64,000 bases of DNA from Hamiltosporidium tvaerminnensis FI-OER-3-3 (lineage: Eukaryota > Fungi > Microsporidia): positions 1 to 64,000 of the forward strand of contig JAKIMF020000005.1 of assembly GCA_022605425.2 (NCBI GenBank), written 5' to 3'. The position numbers were made by a program, and so were the translations under genes. Positions within the stretch are counted from its first letter, which is position 1. Every line of letters starts with the position of its first letter. The notes under the pieces were generated by a model, which had not been told where the DNA came from, did not search any database, and saw nothing but the letters and a program-made list of their open reading frames with translations. This document shows, piece after piece, positions 29,401-44,748 of this stretch.

Positions 29401-31349
29401 CTCTGATAAAAATTTAAGGATAATTAAATCCTAATTTTGCTGACTAATAGTTATCTCAGAAAAATATAAAACTATGCTAATCGAGATAAAATTGTTTTTA
29501 CACGAAATTTAAATTTATGGAAATTATTTTAAAATAACTCGGATTTTATTGTGTCTGAAAATACTATTTGTAAACTATAATAAAATAAATATTTTTTAGA
29601 ATTAAAAACAATGCTGAATTAAGCTTATATATTAAAGACTGTGTTAATATTCGTTTTAAATACTGTTATATTGAGAAAAAGGTGAATCGCATTGGGTCCT
29701 TGAAATAGTAAGTCAGAAGCTAAAATATTTTTGGTTTTATGCTTAGATTTCCATTTAAAGTGGAATTCGAAAACTTACAATACGAAAAAAAATAAAATAT
29801 TTCTTTTTAAATGGCAAAATAGGATTCCTGTATTTAAAATAAACATCATTGTTCTGATACTGTATCAGAAGACTAAAATATGTTTAAAATCTTTTTCAAA
29901 ATAGTTTAATATTCTAAAATCAATATAAGAATAAGATCTATTATAGTTACATATTTTGGTTGCTTTTAATTTACTCTTATTATATTATTCGAAATAATTT
30001 TGATTTTATTGTCTCTACTAAAGTAAAATATTTAAATTAATTTATATAATTTTATTTACAGTCTAAACCTTTTACGCCGTCATTTTTATAAGATCTCAAG
30101 TATAATAGTTAGAAAAAATTAAATTTAGCATTCGAAAATTATTATACGCAATAGATCGAATTTGTTTTACATTTTAACCTGCTATTATTTGATCAGGTCG
30201 AAATGAAAAATATTATTAAAAATATGACTGAGAACCATATTATAAATTTTCTTGATATGTTTTTAGCATATTTCATTTTAGATCAACATAGTAATTTATT
30301 ATCGTGTTAGAAATAATATATAAAATTGGCTTTCTATCATTTTTTTACTTTAGAAAATGTGTGCTACATTCTATGTTCTGGTTATATAGATTTTTGTATA
30401 ATACATTGATATTAAGTGTTAATTCACTCCTGGTTTTTATGAAATCAATATTGAATATAGGTATTAAATTCACGAGTGAATTGGAGCTTCGTTATGTATA
30501 TATAGGCGTTTTGAGCATTTTTTATTTTAAGGGTCTGCGAGGTAAATGCAACACTAAACCATTGTATTGGAAAGAATATTGAGTTTAACCATTGGGCTTA
30601 TTTCTTTTACTTTTATTATTTATACTTTTTTTAATGTAAAAGACCTATAGATGTTTTTAATAGAGATAATATAAAATAAATGATATCCAAATTAATTATA
30701 TACTTAGTGATTCGGAAAAATTAAACTAATCAATGGTAATAATATTTAACCTCCATAATTTGGAATACACAAACATGAAAGTATACTTCGATTGAAAATA
30801 AGCAGAGAAATAGAATTTAAAATACGGATTTAAGGAAACAGATAGTAATATGAAGAAAACAATAAAAGTTACATTAATTGGCATGGATTATATTTGAAAT
30901 AAATAAATTAAGTCATTTCACGTTGTTTTATTTTTATATAATTATTTTTAGTTCCGTCTACATTTCATACTTTTTTTTTCTTTGTTTTAAATATTGACTT
31001 TTCCTATGTGTTTTTTTCTATTTGCGTTGTTTTATTTTGTTACATTTTAAATAGCTCTTTAATTCAGTACAAAGAGACTTTTATCCTTGGATAGATAGTT
31101 TTCTATTCATATATTTTATTGTTTCATATTATTTCTAATTAACTAGAATCGTTATAACTTAGATATTTTTGCAGTATATTTTCTAATCATTTATTCTTTT
31201 CCTTATTCTTTAAGAAATATTTTAAAGTTTATTAAGAAGAGTAGATAAAATAATCAAGTAATATTAAAAGTACATAAAAGCATTCTAAATGTTCTTTATA
31301 CTATCTATTTCCAAAGTTTAGAATTAAAACATTCATATTTTATGTAAAT

Positions 31350-34300
31350 TTTTTAACTAATTTTTTTTCTTTCATACAATAATATTTTTATATAGTGTAT
31401 TAAGAAATTTAATATTTCGAAAATCGAATTTCAAAAATATATGAATTATTATTTGAAATATATAGAAAGGATATAAAAGATCTTGTATTAGTTTGTGGAT
31501 TTCGTAAATATTAAAATTTATCGCCGTTTTGTGCTAATTTTTGTTACCTATTTTTTTCGATTTGTTTATGTATATTCGTATTGAAGGCTTTAAAACTAAG
31601 AAAAAGTTAAGCTTATAAGAAATAGAATTTAATACTTAAAAAATCACGAGAATAGTACATAAATGTTTATAATAATATAATTGGAGATGTTTAATTTCCC
31701 TTTAGCCATGTTTCCGGTATATTTTTTTTATTTTATGTTTTCAGTTTTTTTATATAGTTTAGTATATAGGTATAGACAATCCAAAATTATTAAAAAAAAT
31801 GATTTTAAAATATATAGTTTTTAGTAGGAAAGAATCAATATAAATCTCTTGGACGGTTAATATAATTTCTTTCTATAGTCTAGATTAAAATTTTCGTATG
31901 TTTTGGATTTTTTTTAACCTATTTTTTTTTAAAATTTGTTTTATATATTATGTATATAGTGTATGAAACGCTTTGGAAAAATGTAAAAAATAATTCAAAC
32001 ATAGTTAGATCCTAAGGTTGTAAATATATTATAATAGAATAGATATGTGTAAATAAATATTATATTTTTTTATATAGTATATCTTTATATTTTATGCAAT
32101 TTTTATTCTATCTAATTTTTTTAGATTTTGGTCGATCATCTATGTATAGTCGAATGGAAATTAAAAAATTATCAAAAAATCGAGCTATAAAAATATAAGA
32201 TTACATATTTAGAAATTACTGTAAATAGAGTGAATAGTCTTATAATAATTAAATAATGATGTTTACTATTTAATTTGGTCATTTTTATAAATTTTGTCAT
32301 TTAATTTTTTCACTGTATTTTTTTGAAATCTTTTGTTCATAGTGTATGAAACGACTGAAAATCGGAAACAAATTGGTTCAAAAATATACAATTTAATAAT
32401 TGAAAATCCCATATCTAAACGCTTTAAATTATCTAAATTGTGAAAATTAATTTCTTTAAAATAAATTTCTTAATGTTTGGTGTTATTTATGTACATTTTT
32501 TTTCGATTTTATTCAAAGCTAGTGTCCGCTTGAGTCGAATTGACAATACAAAAATTTTGAAAAAAATAAATTTAGAAAAATATATGTTTTATTGAATAAA
32601 AATTGCATAAAGCACTTCGGATGTTAAATAAATAATTTAATTTTCTAGTTTTAAATAAAATTATGATTATCTTCGATGTCATTTTTTCCTACCTAATTTT
32701 TTGAATTTTGTTTAATATATTTTTATATAGTATATGAAACACTTTAGAAATCTTGAAGAACTTGGACTCGAAAGATATAAGATCTAATGCTTTAAAATTG
32801 TTATAAATACATCAGATAGGTTTTTAACAATATTTCATGCCTTTTTTATAATTAAATATAGCTATGTTTTATCAAGTTTTTATTACCTAATTTTTTACGA
32901 TTTTATTCGATATATTTGCTGTATACAGTTATGAAGCAATAAAAAAATTTTAAAAAATACATTCGATTAATTACTTAAGAATTTATTAAAATACTTCGAA
33001 TCTGTTATTAATAATGAAATAAGATTGTTTATAATCAATTTATTCATGATTACACGGATTTTTATTACCTAATTTTTTTTAAAATTTTTCGTTTTTTTTC
33101 TATAGCAGTATTAAACACTCGGAAAATTAATAAAAAAATAAATGAAATATATAATATTAAATGGTTAATAATCACCCAAAATGGCTTAAAAGTTCTTAAA
33201 ATAATTTAAAAAGATCGTTTAATATGAAATTATTTGTTTTTAATGTAAGTTTTTTTAACTAATTTTTAGTAATTTTTTTCAATATAATTTGTATATAGTC
33301 GTATTGACGATTCGAGATGATGAAAATATCAGTAAAAAAAAGAAAATCTCGAATGATTAAAATTCTCTGAAAATTATACAAAACTTCTTATAATAATCCA
33401 ATATAATTAAATTTTACGAAAGATTTAGGAATGTTTCTGAGTAATTCCATTTTCCAAATTTTCATATTTTTTTTCTATAATATTTTCTATATACTGTAGG
33501 AAACGATTTTAAATTAGAAAAAAAAATTCAGAAAAAAACATTAGTTATAATCTCAAAGAACACATATAATAAATGTTCTTAGGATATCATTAATGTTATG
33601 TTTATGTTAAATTTTCTGAGATTCTAAGCAATTTTTTTTACTAAATTTTTAAAGTCATTTGTTATATTTATATATACTATATTCAATTATTCGAAAGTTA
33701 TCACAAATTCAAAATATAAAAAAAATTATGTTTATTTAAATAAGAATTATTCGAAATACTACCGGGTAGATTCTTAACCTAATATATTTATTCTTAAATT
33801 TGTATTTGATTTACCTATATTTTTTATATTTTTTAATTTTGTTAGATTAGTTTCAATATAGTTGTATAAATCATTGCAAGATTCTAAAAATAAACTAAAA
33901 AAAAAATATATGATTTATTATCTAAAGAATGTAAAAACATTCCATATAGATTTATAAAGTTCCGAATGAGATAATAAAAAATTTGGTCAATTTATTAATT
34001 TTTTTGATTTACTTAGTCAGTTTTCGTACAGTCGTATATGCGATTTAAAAAATATAAAAAAGCTGTTCTTAAAAAATAAACGCTTCAATGAATAGGAATC
34101 TATAAAAATACATCAGGTGTGATTTTAATAATTTTATTTTTATGTTTACTATAAAATATAGCAGTTTTTCTATTAAATCTTTATTACTTATTCTTGCAAT
34201 GTTGCTTAGCATATCTTTTATATGTGTATGAAGAAATTTAAGAATTATGAAAAATTCAAGTTGCCCAAATAAACCTTAAAATAATTATAACGCTCTAAAT

Positions 34301-35700
34301 AGTATAAAAAAAGTCGTCTATATACTTAGATTATGCTTTATGATAATATTAAGTCATTTTGTGTGTTTGTTTCAATTTTCAATTTTTTTGAATTTTTTAG
34401 GCATATATACCTATAAATATGTCGCGTTTGAAAATTGAAAAAACATCAACGAAAAAATATATATTCAATGCACAAATTTTAATTAATCTATAGAGGAGTC
34501 TTACAATACTCTAAAAGGTTGCTTCTGAATAAGCTCTGATGTTCTGAAAGTAAATTTCTAAATTAATTTTTTCGAATTTGTCAAACTACATAGTATATTG
34601 TGAATGAAGAAATTTAAAAAAAGGTGAAAATCTTCTTAAAAAAAATTTAAGAATTATATTACGAAAATATCGCAACTATCAAATTCTGTATAGTGTAACA
34701 GAATATTTTTCTTTAATTATAATTTATAGTATATCTTTCTATTAAATTCGAATGAATTGATTTATTCGATTTGTTTTATGTATAGTCGTTAGAATGATAT
34801 GAAAAATGGAAAAAAATATAATTAAAAAAATAGATGTTTCGTGGAATAAAAATTGGTATAGATACATCAGATGTTTAGTAAAAAAAATTTATTTATAGTT
34901 AAGAATAAATTTAGTCTTTTTCTTAGCTTTTTTTATTGCTTGATTTTTTCTATTTTGTTTAATAGAGTTACATGTATCAGAATTGAAGATTTTCAAATTT
35001 TTAAAATACTGTGTAAGAAAGAAATACTATTTAATGCTCAGAAATTGATACAAATTCTACTAATATGCTTATAAAATATGACTGTTTATTTTATATAAAA
35101 TTTGGGTATGCAATCTTCATTACAATTTTTTTTTTTGATTTTTTTCGTGATATATTTGTACATGTAATGAAACAAATCGAGAATTATCGAAAAATATCGA
35201 TGACAAAATAAAATTTTTAAATAGTCAAAAAACAGCAAAAATACAAGAAATTAGCTAATAAGGAAACAATATTGAGGTTGTTAATAAAATTTTCCCGTTT
35301 TTAAGAACATTATTTCATAAATATTTTTTTTTTTCATTTCGATCAACCTATCTCGTATATAGTGTGTAGGTTATTCCAAAATTTTTGAAAATATTTTACA
35401 AGATATATGTTTTAATACCGAAAATTACTTTTAATATAATGAATAATTGTTTAATAATTAGATATTGTATGTATAATAAAATTTCTAGGTGCTTTTTGTA
35501 AATTTCTGTACTCCAAAATTATCGAATTTAGTCGATATAGGTACTTATAGTCGTATTGAAGATTCTAAAATATGAAAAGCAAATATAAAAACAAATAAGA
35601 TTATATACATGAAAAATAACCAGAAAAAGGACCAGAAATCTTTTAATTATCAAATATGGTTTCTAAAAATTAAATCAGCTATTTTTTCTTTAAATTTTAA
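31350..35700 (+). repeat. Diverged ~190-bp tandem repeat, array 2 (~23 units), same family and orientation as array 1
   Basis: Same motif near 31390, 31765, 31955, 32145, 32340, 32727, 32925, 33105, 33295, 33492, 33860, 34030, 34222, 34783, 35360 and 35548. Confidence 0.85.
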
Positions 35701-36164
35701 TACTTGTTTATTTTTTAAATTTTATTTAGCTTCGTTTCCTTTTTAAGTTTTTTTAACTGAAATATTTTATGTTTTTGTAATTATTTTTCTTCTTTTTACT
35801 ACATTAAAAATTTCTTGTTGTATATACTTGTTTTACTTAAATTCATTTTGCTTAACCTTAATCGACTTTTTAAATGTGGTTACATTTTTTTAGATCATTC
35901 TTTTGTTATTCATTTTCTAAGTTAAATGCTCCCTTATGTAAGCGTTTTTCTACAAATAAACTATTCTAGCTCTTATAATGTTGAATTTTTTCAAAAAGTA
36001 CTATTTTTTCTTTAATAATGTATTATGTTATTATATTTTTATGGAATTTTTATAAATTTAATGTCAATTTTATCTTCATTTAGCTAAAAATTGAGTTTAA
36101 TAACATCAATATGTTACATTTGAATATATACTTAAGTTTTTTCTCTTTTTATATGATTTATAAG

Positions 36165-38780
36165 TCTTAACCCTAATAAGCTTATAAAATTTACCATAAT
36201 TGGAAGTTTTTAAGTGTAAGGTATTGGATGTTTTTTTATCCTTATTGGATATAGTTGGACTATTAAAACCTTTACTCAATATCTCAAAATAAGACTATTT
36301 TATCTTGGTCATAATACGCTGTGTTTAACTTTATTATGGCCTTATTAAATTTTATGAAATCGTTTGGAAAAGCTCTCAGTATATTGTTAGAAACATATAT
36401 CATATATGGGATTTATAGATAACTTTCGTTTTCATATAACCTCATATCATTTACCTTTTATAAAATTGATTGAAATGCCAGGTATCTATTACAAATGTAT
36501 TGTTTAGGTTTCTTAAAAAAAATATAAATCTATTTGAAAGAAAGATGTATATGTGAAAGATATTTTAATATCATGTATAAAACTTTTAATCGAATTAATG
36601 AGAAAATTAATATTATTACCTTTTGTGAAATGGATTGAATTTTATAGATTTATAAAGAGATTAATTTATTATGTGTAATACAATCTATGGGCAGTAGATC
36701 TTAATATTTCATTCATCTCAATATATCATATAAATAAATATTTCGTTTTATAATATATAGCCAGAGTAAACCAACTTAAATTGTTATATTCATAAATGTA
36801 TTAAATTTTTTTATAATTTGTAAACTCTTTTTATTAGACTTATATACTATCTTACTGCAAAGTACTAAAGAATTAACTTTAACTAAATAGGATAGAATAC
36901 TAAAATGTCTTGAACTATTAACTTTATTTTATTTATATTACTTTTATACTAAAACCACATTATAATGAATGATTTTACATTAACTATTCGTACATTTGAA
37001 TGCTTTTGAATTATCTACCTAGTTTAAAGGCGATTTCTATAACTATGTTTTAAATGCTTAGGATATCTGCTATTTGGGTTTTTTTGATCTTTAACTTTCA
37101 CTGTAGCAATACGGATTCACTCAAAAAAACAATTCAACTAAAAAATAATTTTGATAATATTTTATTTTGTAAAAGATAGATTGAATGATCAATATATAGT
37201 TTAGTATAAACTTAATTTTACACCACATTTTTTTAATATATATTTTTTATAGCTTTACAGCTACGAACAACTCTTTACATAATAAAGAAATACTTATATT
37301 AATGAAATCATAAGATATTGATAACATTTTTATATCTAGATATATTTATAAGAGGACATTAAATGAAAAGATTGAAAAAACATATTTTTTTTACTCAATA
37401 AGTCGTGTATTATAATTTAACAAATAAAATTTCGATGATCTTGTTTGTCGATTTATAGCTAATTATATCGAAAGTATTATTTTTCCAATTAAAACGTAAA
37501 AATAAAGATACTTGGGTATTAAAAATCACTAAAACTATAAATGAGCTTCAGTTCTAAATGTTGTGGCATCTTTTACAAGTAAATTACTACTTTTTAATTT
37601 TGAAACTTTCGATTCTTCCTTATATGAATCAAGATTAAAACTAATTTAGAAGCAATAGAACTTAGCTACAACCAACTAAAATATTTTTACTAGAATATTA
37701 GCACCTTTAATATAATATTTCAAACTATCCAAGCTGATTCGGATTATGGAATGGCATATCTAAGGTTATTTACATATGTTACCATTGTTTAAAGGGTAAT
37801 CTCAAAGAACTCATCTGATCTTGTTTAAGGTCAAAATTAACTAAATAATTTAATGAATTCACTCATAATATATTGGTACATAAATACACAATATCATTAA
37901 CTGGAATTACAATAACGCGAAGGCAAAGAGCTCAATTATGGGACGCATTTGCCTATTTGAAAAGATTCGAGGTAAAGTTGTATATAATAAAGAAAAAGAT
38001 AAATTAATATAATGGAGTTTATAAGTTATGATTTTAAAAATTAATAGATTTTAATTACTCTACACCACAAAACTTTACTTTTGTATATTTAATCGACTAT
38101 TTCTTTTAAACGTTAAGATAATTCTTTTTTCCTTCATGATATATGAGTGAAGTGTATGCTCTATGATTGAATTGTTTTCTTCTTGATAAAATGTGTTCTT
38201 CCTATTACAAAATCCTAAATCAATGTTTTGAGCTATTAAAACTTAAGTAAGCCGTTTGGACTCAATACAAATTTTGTACTATATATTATCTTATATTATT
38301 GTTTGGTTTGTGTTAGAAGATTAAACATATTTTACATTTTGTAAAAATTAAAAGGTAATGCTGTTTTGAAGAAATATTTTTTAATGTATATTTTTTTAGT
38401 ACTTTTTGCGTTAAAAAAATTCCAAACTCATAAGTCTATATACTTCTTTTTGTTAAAATAGAATACATATTAATTTTAATTGAAAGGTATCTAAAAACTA
38501 ATGTGCCTTTTCTCATAATGACAATGTTACAATAAAGAATAAAAAAATATAATTTTACTGAATGTATATTCGCTTATACAAAGCTTTGCTGGTTTTAGTA
38601 CTTTTGTTAAAAATAAAACTTTAGTTAAATGATATACACCTTAGCAAATAAAGATTTTAATTTTTTTTAAATTAGTAAATAATAATATATAAGATTCCAT
38701 GTAGCAATTATTTTAACTATATCTCTATACGTATTAAACAATAAATTTTTTTTAAAAGACATGGTTTAATATTAATTCAT
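36165..38780 (-). pseudogene. Family Y copy D (5'-truncated, counterpart of B)
   Basis: Minus strand reads VSNNILRAFPNDFIKFNKAIIKLNTAYYDQDKIV and KHPIPYT*KLPIMVNFISLLG. Confidence 0.6.
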
Positions 38781-38849
38781 TTTACAGCTAGTTTTATAAT
38801 TTCTTTTTTTTTATTTAAATTTATGCAAGTTATAAATAAATTCAGATAT

Positions 38850-40470
38850 GAAATAGAATATGAAGAAAATTATATATGTAGGGATATACTAATAAAAATA
38901 TCTTAGTATGATTTAAAAGAAGCCAAGAACATTATTTAAATAAGTATTGTTATACTTTAAAATGGTTTAGAAGGGTAAACAGTGGATTTTATAATTAATC
39001 ATTGTGGCTTGAGTTAATTTATATTGTAATTAGATAGATTGCTTTGGAAGAATATCTATCAAGCTACTGAACGAATTAAATGAAATTTGATTCTAAGTGA
39101 CATTGATTGTAAAAAATTTAAAAGTATAAAAAGGCGAAGATTTTTCATTTTTTAGCATCTTCTACGGATTAGCTTCAAGAATATGTTTGAAATATCGGAT
39201 GCACTATAGGAAAAGTTCTTCATCTTTAAAACTACAAGAGCTATGACTGTAATGAAGTGGAGGCCAAATATAACAAATGCCACCCCTCACATATATCAAT
39301 TCTCTGTAATATTTGCAGCTAAATTTGCTGCATCTGTATATATCCTAATTGCTGGATTATAGAAAGACTTATGCAAATTTATTTACATAATTCTATAATG
39401 CTTAAATATTGATGCCCTGAACAACAATCGATTTTGTTTAAAAAATCGAAGAATTCGAAATTAATGATTTCAATCACTTTGTAATGCTTTTAGATAATCT
39501 TAACTGCAACATCAATTGTATTTACAAGAACTTTAAGGCAATGAGCCAAATACTAGGACAACACTGCCTATTTAGATAGAAAAGTTGTTTGAAAATATAT
39601 ACCCTATACAATAAAATTATATCAAAATACCGTTCAAAAAAATCTTTAATCATCTTACGAACAACCCTAATTCATTATTTACAATATCTACAATTTTGCT
39701 TGTATGCTTTTAAGTGCTTAATTCAATCACAATCTAAAACAATGGTTTTTTTATAAAATTTCGCATATGTGTAGATTCTTATATACTTACATTTCTATTT
39801 AAATAAATGTGTTCGTTTTATTTTTCTAAAGATTTTACATACTTTGTTGCTAGCTAGGTTACAGAACTTATATAAGGACATTGAAATGTTAATCAAATCC
39901 TATATTTCTTTAATGTTATTCTAAACTTACTTTCTCAAGTATTTCACTGCTACAGGTTTGGTAAATAATATTTTCTCTACTATATTTCACAAGTATTTCC
40001 CTAACTTAGGTTAGTGAAAGCAAAACTTTTTAATTGGAATGGTATTATGTGCTTTATACACTTTCTAAATAAATTAACTTTTTTTATTTGCTTTTCTAAG
40101 CTAGTTTGTGTGATTTGCATGAAATCTTTCAATTCTTATCAGATTATATTAAAATGGCTTTTTTTTGGCTCGACCATAGAAAGTTTTAGTTTCCCTTTTA
40201 TAACGAATTCACAATAAATAGAAATAAAACGAAGATATCCTTAAATGCCTTTTGAAATCGCACTTTTTAAAAGTTTTTTATGATTTTCTTGCTTTTAAAC
40301 AAGTAAGTAAAAAATGCAGACATTGATTTTTACATTGAAAACCCTTATGGATAAAATAGCGGCATACTTTTGAATATAAAAATAAAAGAGCTCCGAAATA
40401 CAAAGCTTTATGCATTTTTAATTAAAATGTATTTTCAACTATAAAAAAGTAAGTATTGAATTTGTTCACC
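38850..40470 (-). pseudogene. Family X copy 2
   Basis: Near-identical to 7850-9447. Contains LFYLNRQCCPSIWLIAL and the TM-like stretch VAFVIFGLHFITVIALVVLKMK. Confidence 0.5.
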
Positions 40471-40479
40471 TAAAATTTT

Positions 40480-42670
40480 AAAAAGGTAAACTCTTAATAT
40501 TAAATGATTTTTTACGTTTAATAATTTGAATTTAGCAGATTTCATAATTTTTTCCAAATAAAACTATCTTGAAACCTTGGAACCAAAAATATAATGTTTT
40601 AAAAAAAAATCCCCAAACGAAAATTAAAAAGCAGCTGAATATTAATATAAGAAAATTTTTATTTGTAATTAGCAGAAATATTTCCCCTAATCAAAATCGT
40701 TTAACTGTTGTTCAACAATATTTTAATAAGTATAAGCAGTATAAATACCTCTAATAACCAAACTCACTTTAAAAAAGGCAAAAACTTTTTTCACTCATCT
40801 AACTAATTTCATATCACTCCAAAAAAGTTTTCCCTATCCTAATTTTTAGCACCCAAACCAAACGTTTTTCTTCAACCCTAAGATGATTATTTCCCTACCC
40901 CGATTATTTTTACCCTAATTTCTTTTTTAAATAGCAGAAAACCCCCCTCCCCTAAATTTCTTTATATTTTAAATATATTTTCTAATATATTCATCATTTT
41001 CCTGACCAAATCATTTTATCTTTAAATTTATTTCTTCGTCAACTAATTCTTTTCGCCTTAACTTTCTTTTTGCCATAAACTTGCTTTTCTCACAGAGAAT
41101 TATTTTTCTCAAAGATATTTTAAAATTCTGTCCAAATTATTTTCTTTTTTGAAAATTTGTATCTTTAAATAAATTATTCAATTACCTACCCAACTCCATT
41201 GATTTCAACTAGATATTTTCTTTCTGCCGGTTCTTTTTCTTAAAAACAGATTCTCTTCTACAGATTTCAACTTTCCTTAGTATTTTTTTTTAATTTTTGC
41301 AACCAATATTTTATTTCTTTGACATACCTTTTCATTGAACCTAAACCCTAGTTTCCAACCCTGTTTTTATAGTAATTCTCTTTTCCCATCCGCAATTTTC
41401 TTCCTTTATAATCCTGTTCTTCTCTTTCTAAATCTTTTTCAGAATCAGAATCTTTTCCCTAACTACTATCTTTTTTCGCAAACTAATTTTTTTTTACTTG
41501 CTGGCCCCGATCTACTCAACAGATAATATTTACTCTTCTGACTTAATTCCTAACTTTTTTCGTAGAACCATTCTTGCTTCGCTAACTACAATCTTTTTCC
41601 TTGACTAATTTTCTTTCTCTCTAATGTTTTTATTCTTGTTGAATAAAATTTTGGGTAAAAAAAATAGAAATTAATTCAGAAAAATAATTCTCTTAACCAA
41701 ATGTTGGTTTCTATTTTTTTCTACCCTATGGTGTGAAAAAATCTTTGTTCTTACCTGTAAAAAGTGGTTTTTCTAATTATTCACTAGTAATAATGGGATT
41801 TTATTCTTTTAACCAATCCTTTTCTACTTAAAATCTTTATAAATAAAAATTTATTTTGGTTGTAAATTTACTTTTTAAAAAATATATTTTTTTCTTAGAT
41901 TCTATAACTATGAAAAGACACACATTTAGATTTAAAAATGCATCTTAAAATACTTTTAATCTAAGAATATATTTAGATTTCTTATTGTAATAATATACCT
42001 TTTGTGAAATTAGGGAATCGTAAACCCCAGAAAGTTTAAAAAAATAAGGTGAATTCAACTATAGTAGATAAAATAAACGAAAAACTGTTTTATAAGAATA
42101 TCCTCTAAAGTTGTTAAAAGAAAATTAAATTGTTTAAAAATAAGGAAAATAATAAAAAAACTGTTTTACTAACAAAAATTTAATTTGTAAATTCGAATCG
42201 GTTGTCACGGAGAAAGTAAAACTTGCCTTTCCACGTAATCTCAAACCAAAAAAATAATAAAGAAAACTCTAACTTATATAGTTTAGTAGATTTTTTTAGT
42301 ATGTTTTGTAATCTTTCTTTTAATGGGAATTATGATATTGAGATTCCGTAGTCTGGGTAATGTATATAAAATAGTTGGTCTGAAATAATGCAGGGCGAGG
42401 GATATGACAGATTGCAGTAGTGGTATGGTATATTGAGATACATTTTCAAGCTGCAATTGTTAGAAAAGAACTTAGAAGGAAGTAAAATGTAGAGTAAGGT
42501 GAAAAATGGGCAGCAAAAAGGTTGATCGGAGAGTAAATCAGAATTAAAACAGCTTTTAATTTTATTTTACTTTCGGTTTTTAGTTTTTCTCTTTTAATTT
42601 GATTTTATCGTATTATCTCTTAGAGTGATATCCCAATCCCAAGGGTTTTGGATGAATTACACATTTGAGT
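40480..42670. repeat. R element copy 2
   Basis: Colinear with 9450-11670 (e.g. ttacttgctggccccgatctactca near 10491 and 41494). Confidence 0.7.
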
Positions 42671-43324
42671 TCGAAAATATCTTTATTCTATCTGTGAATA
42701 TTTAGATATTAAAAACAAATGTGAATTTGAAAGTGTCTTTTTGAAAATTTGATTTTACAAAATTTCTACACGTTTACTTTTTTTTAATTTTGTGTATATT
42801 TTACATTTTAAAGAAATGTTTTTTCTTTTTTATACATTTTTCAAAAAAAAAATGTTTTTAAAAACTTTATAAGGTTTTTTTGAAATCTCTGGAATTTTTT
42901 ATGCTTCAGTATTCTTACAACTTTTGTTATTCGTCACTATTTTTTCGAGCCTTTATGTTTTTTTTATGTTTTATATGGATTTAAGCGTATTTTTTATATT
43001 TTAAAAATCTTGTATAAATTTTTATATTTTCTACATTTTTTCATTTAATTTTGGAATAGAGTAGTATTTTTACGGATTCATTTTATATTTATATATCTAT
43101 TAGGGTTTTAAATATCTATAATCTAGCAAATTTTTTCACATCCTATATACTTTTGACAACTTTTAGCGTTTTGTCAAAAAATGAAAATTTTTAAAATTAT
43201 ACAAATTTTTTGCGGAATTATAAAATACAATTTATTTTTTAGTAATTTTTCTAATAATTTTCTAGTTATTTTCAAATCTTCAAGAATACGCATATGATTT
43301 AATTGTGTTTCTTCTTATAGCATT

Positions 43325-44748
43325 TTAAGAGGCTAACCTTAATAAACTTATAAAATTTACTATAATTAAATTTTTTGGGTGTAAGGTATCGTGTGCTTTT
43401 TTTGGTTATTTATTACATTTTGACTATTTAAAACCAACTCATTATCTAAAAATAAGATTTTTCAATCTTGGTCATAAAATTTCGTGGTTGACCTAAATGT
43501 GGCCGTATTAAATTTAGTGAAATCGTTTTGAAAAGCATAAATATATCTATTTAAACATTAATCATATAGAGTATTGAAAAGTACCTTTGGATTTCTATAT
43601 AACCTCATATTAGTTACTTTTTCGAAAATTGAGCAAACTGCCGGGTAGTATATATGCATTGCTCCTTTAGCTTAAAAAGAATACAAAGATAACAAAAATA
43701 AAGAAATACATCTGAAAAAGTATTTAAAATTTCTTGTATACTATTTTAAAAAAGAAGATGAAAAATGTTAATTGTATCTTTATTGAAATATATTTCATAG
43801 TCTCTATATTTATACAGACATGCATTTATTATGCATTACTATAATCTATATTAGTTGATCCAAATTTAAATCCCCTTTATATATCTATACAAAAAAATTA
43901 TTTGTTTTTCTACTGTGTAGTCTTATTGTATTGACTTAAATTATTTTTATTATAAGTATATTTATTGTTTTTAAATAATGTTATTAAGTCTTTTTTAGAC
44001 TTATATATTATACAGTAAAGATTTATAGAATTGAATTTAAATAAAATCGATAGTACAATAAAATATCTTTAGTGATAAATGTGTTTCTATACAAATTATA
44101 AATTAAAACCAAATTTAAATAAATGTTTATACGTTAAGTATATGTCAATTTTAGTTTTCTTAATCTATTTCTCTTGTTTATTCAAAATTCTACCACTAAT
44201 TCAAAAAATAGTTTAATTTTGTATTTTTTCGAGTTAAACTTGTTTATGAAGTCGTACATATTAAACAAAGAAAAAATCGAATTATAGAATATTTCATAGA
44301 ATATTTTAATTTAGTTTAACAATAGGTAATCCTTAAATAAATTTGGTTTTATATTAAACTAAATATTTTCTTATTTTTTAACTATTTATACATATTTTTT
44401 TCTTGTTTGTATGTAAAGCTACAAATAAATTTTTAAACTTTTTTGAAATTAATTTAAATGGAGTACTATAAGAGAATGAATGATACTTTGATATCTAAAT
44501 ATATTCATAGATGAATATTATATTATAATAACTATAAAATAAAGTATGTTTATGAAACGAGGCGGGCATTCTATTTCGCTAAATAAAATTTCTATGTATT
44601 GGGTATGTTGATTTATATTATATCATTCAATTATGATTTATTTACACAAAATATAAAAAGAAAGATAATTAATCATTAAATTTAAAAAACTTGGATTGAG
44701 CCTTAATCTATATGTTGAAGTATTCTCCACATGTGAACTAGAACTATT
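43325..44748 (-). pseudogene. Family Y copy E (3' part only, cut at ~44748)
   Basis: Colinear with 12331-13745. Similarity stops abruptly where the CCCTAAC-rich sequence begins. Confidence 0.6.

Larger units (their letters stand above)
35700..44748 (+). repeat. Segmental duplication copy 2 (of 4700-13750)
   Basis: Colinear similarity from ggttacattttt (~35880 vs ~4862) to tattctccacatgtgaactag (~44721 vs ~13720). Confidence 0.9.
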
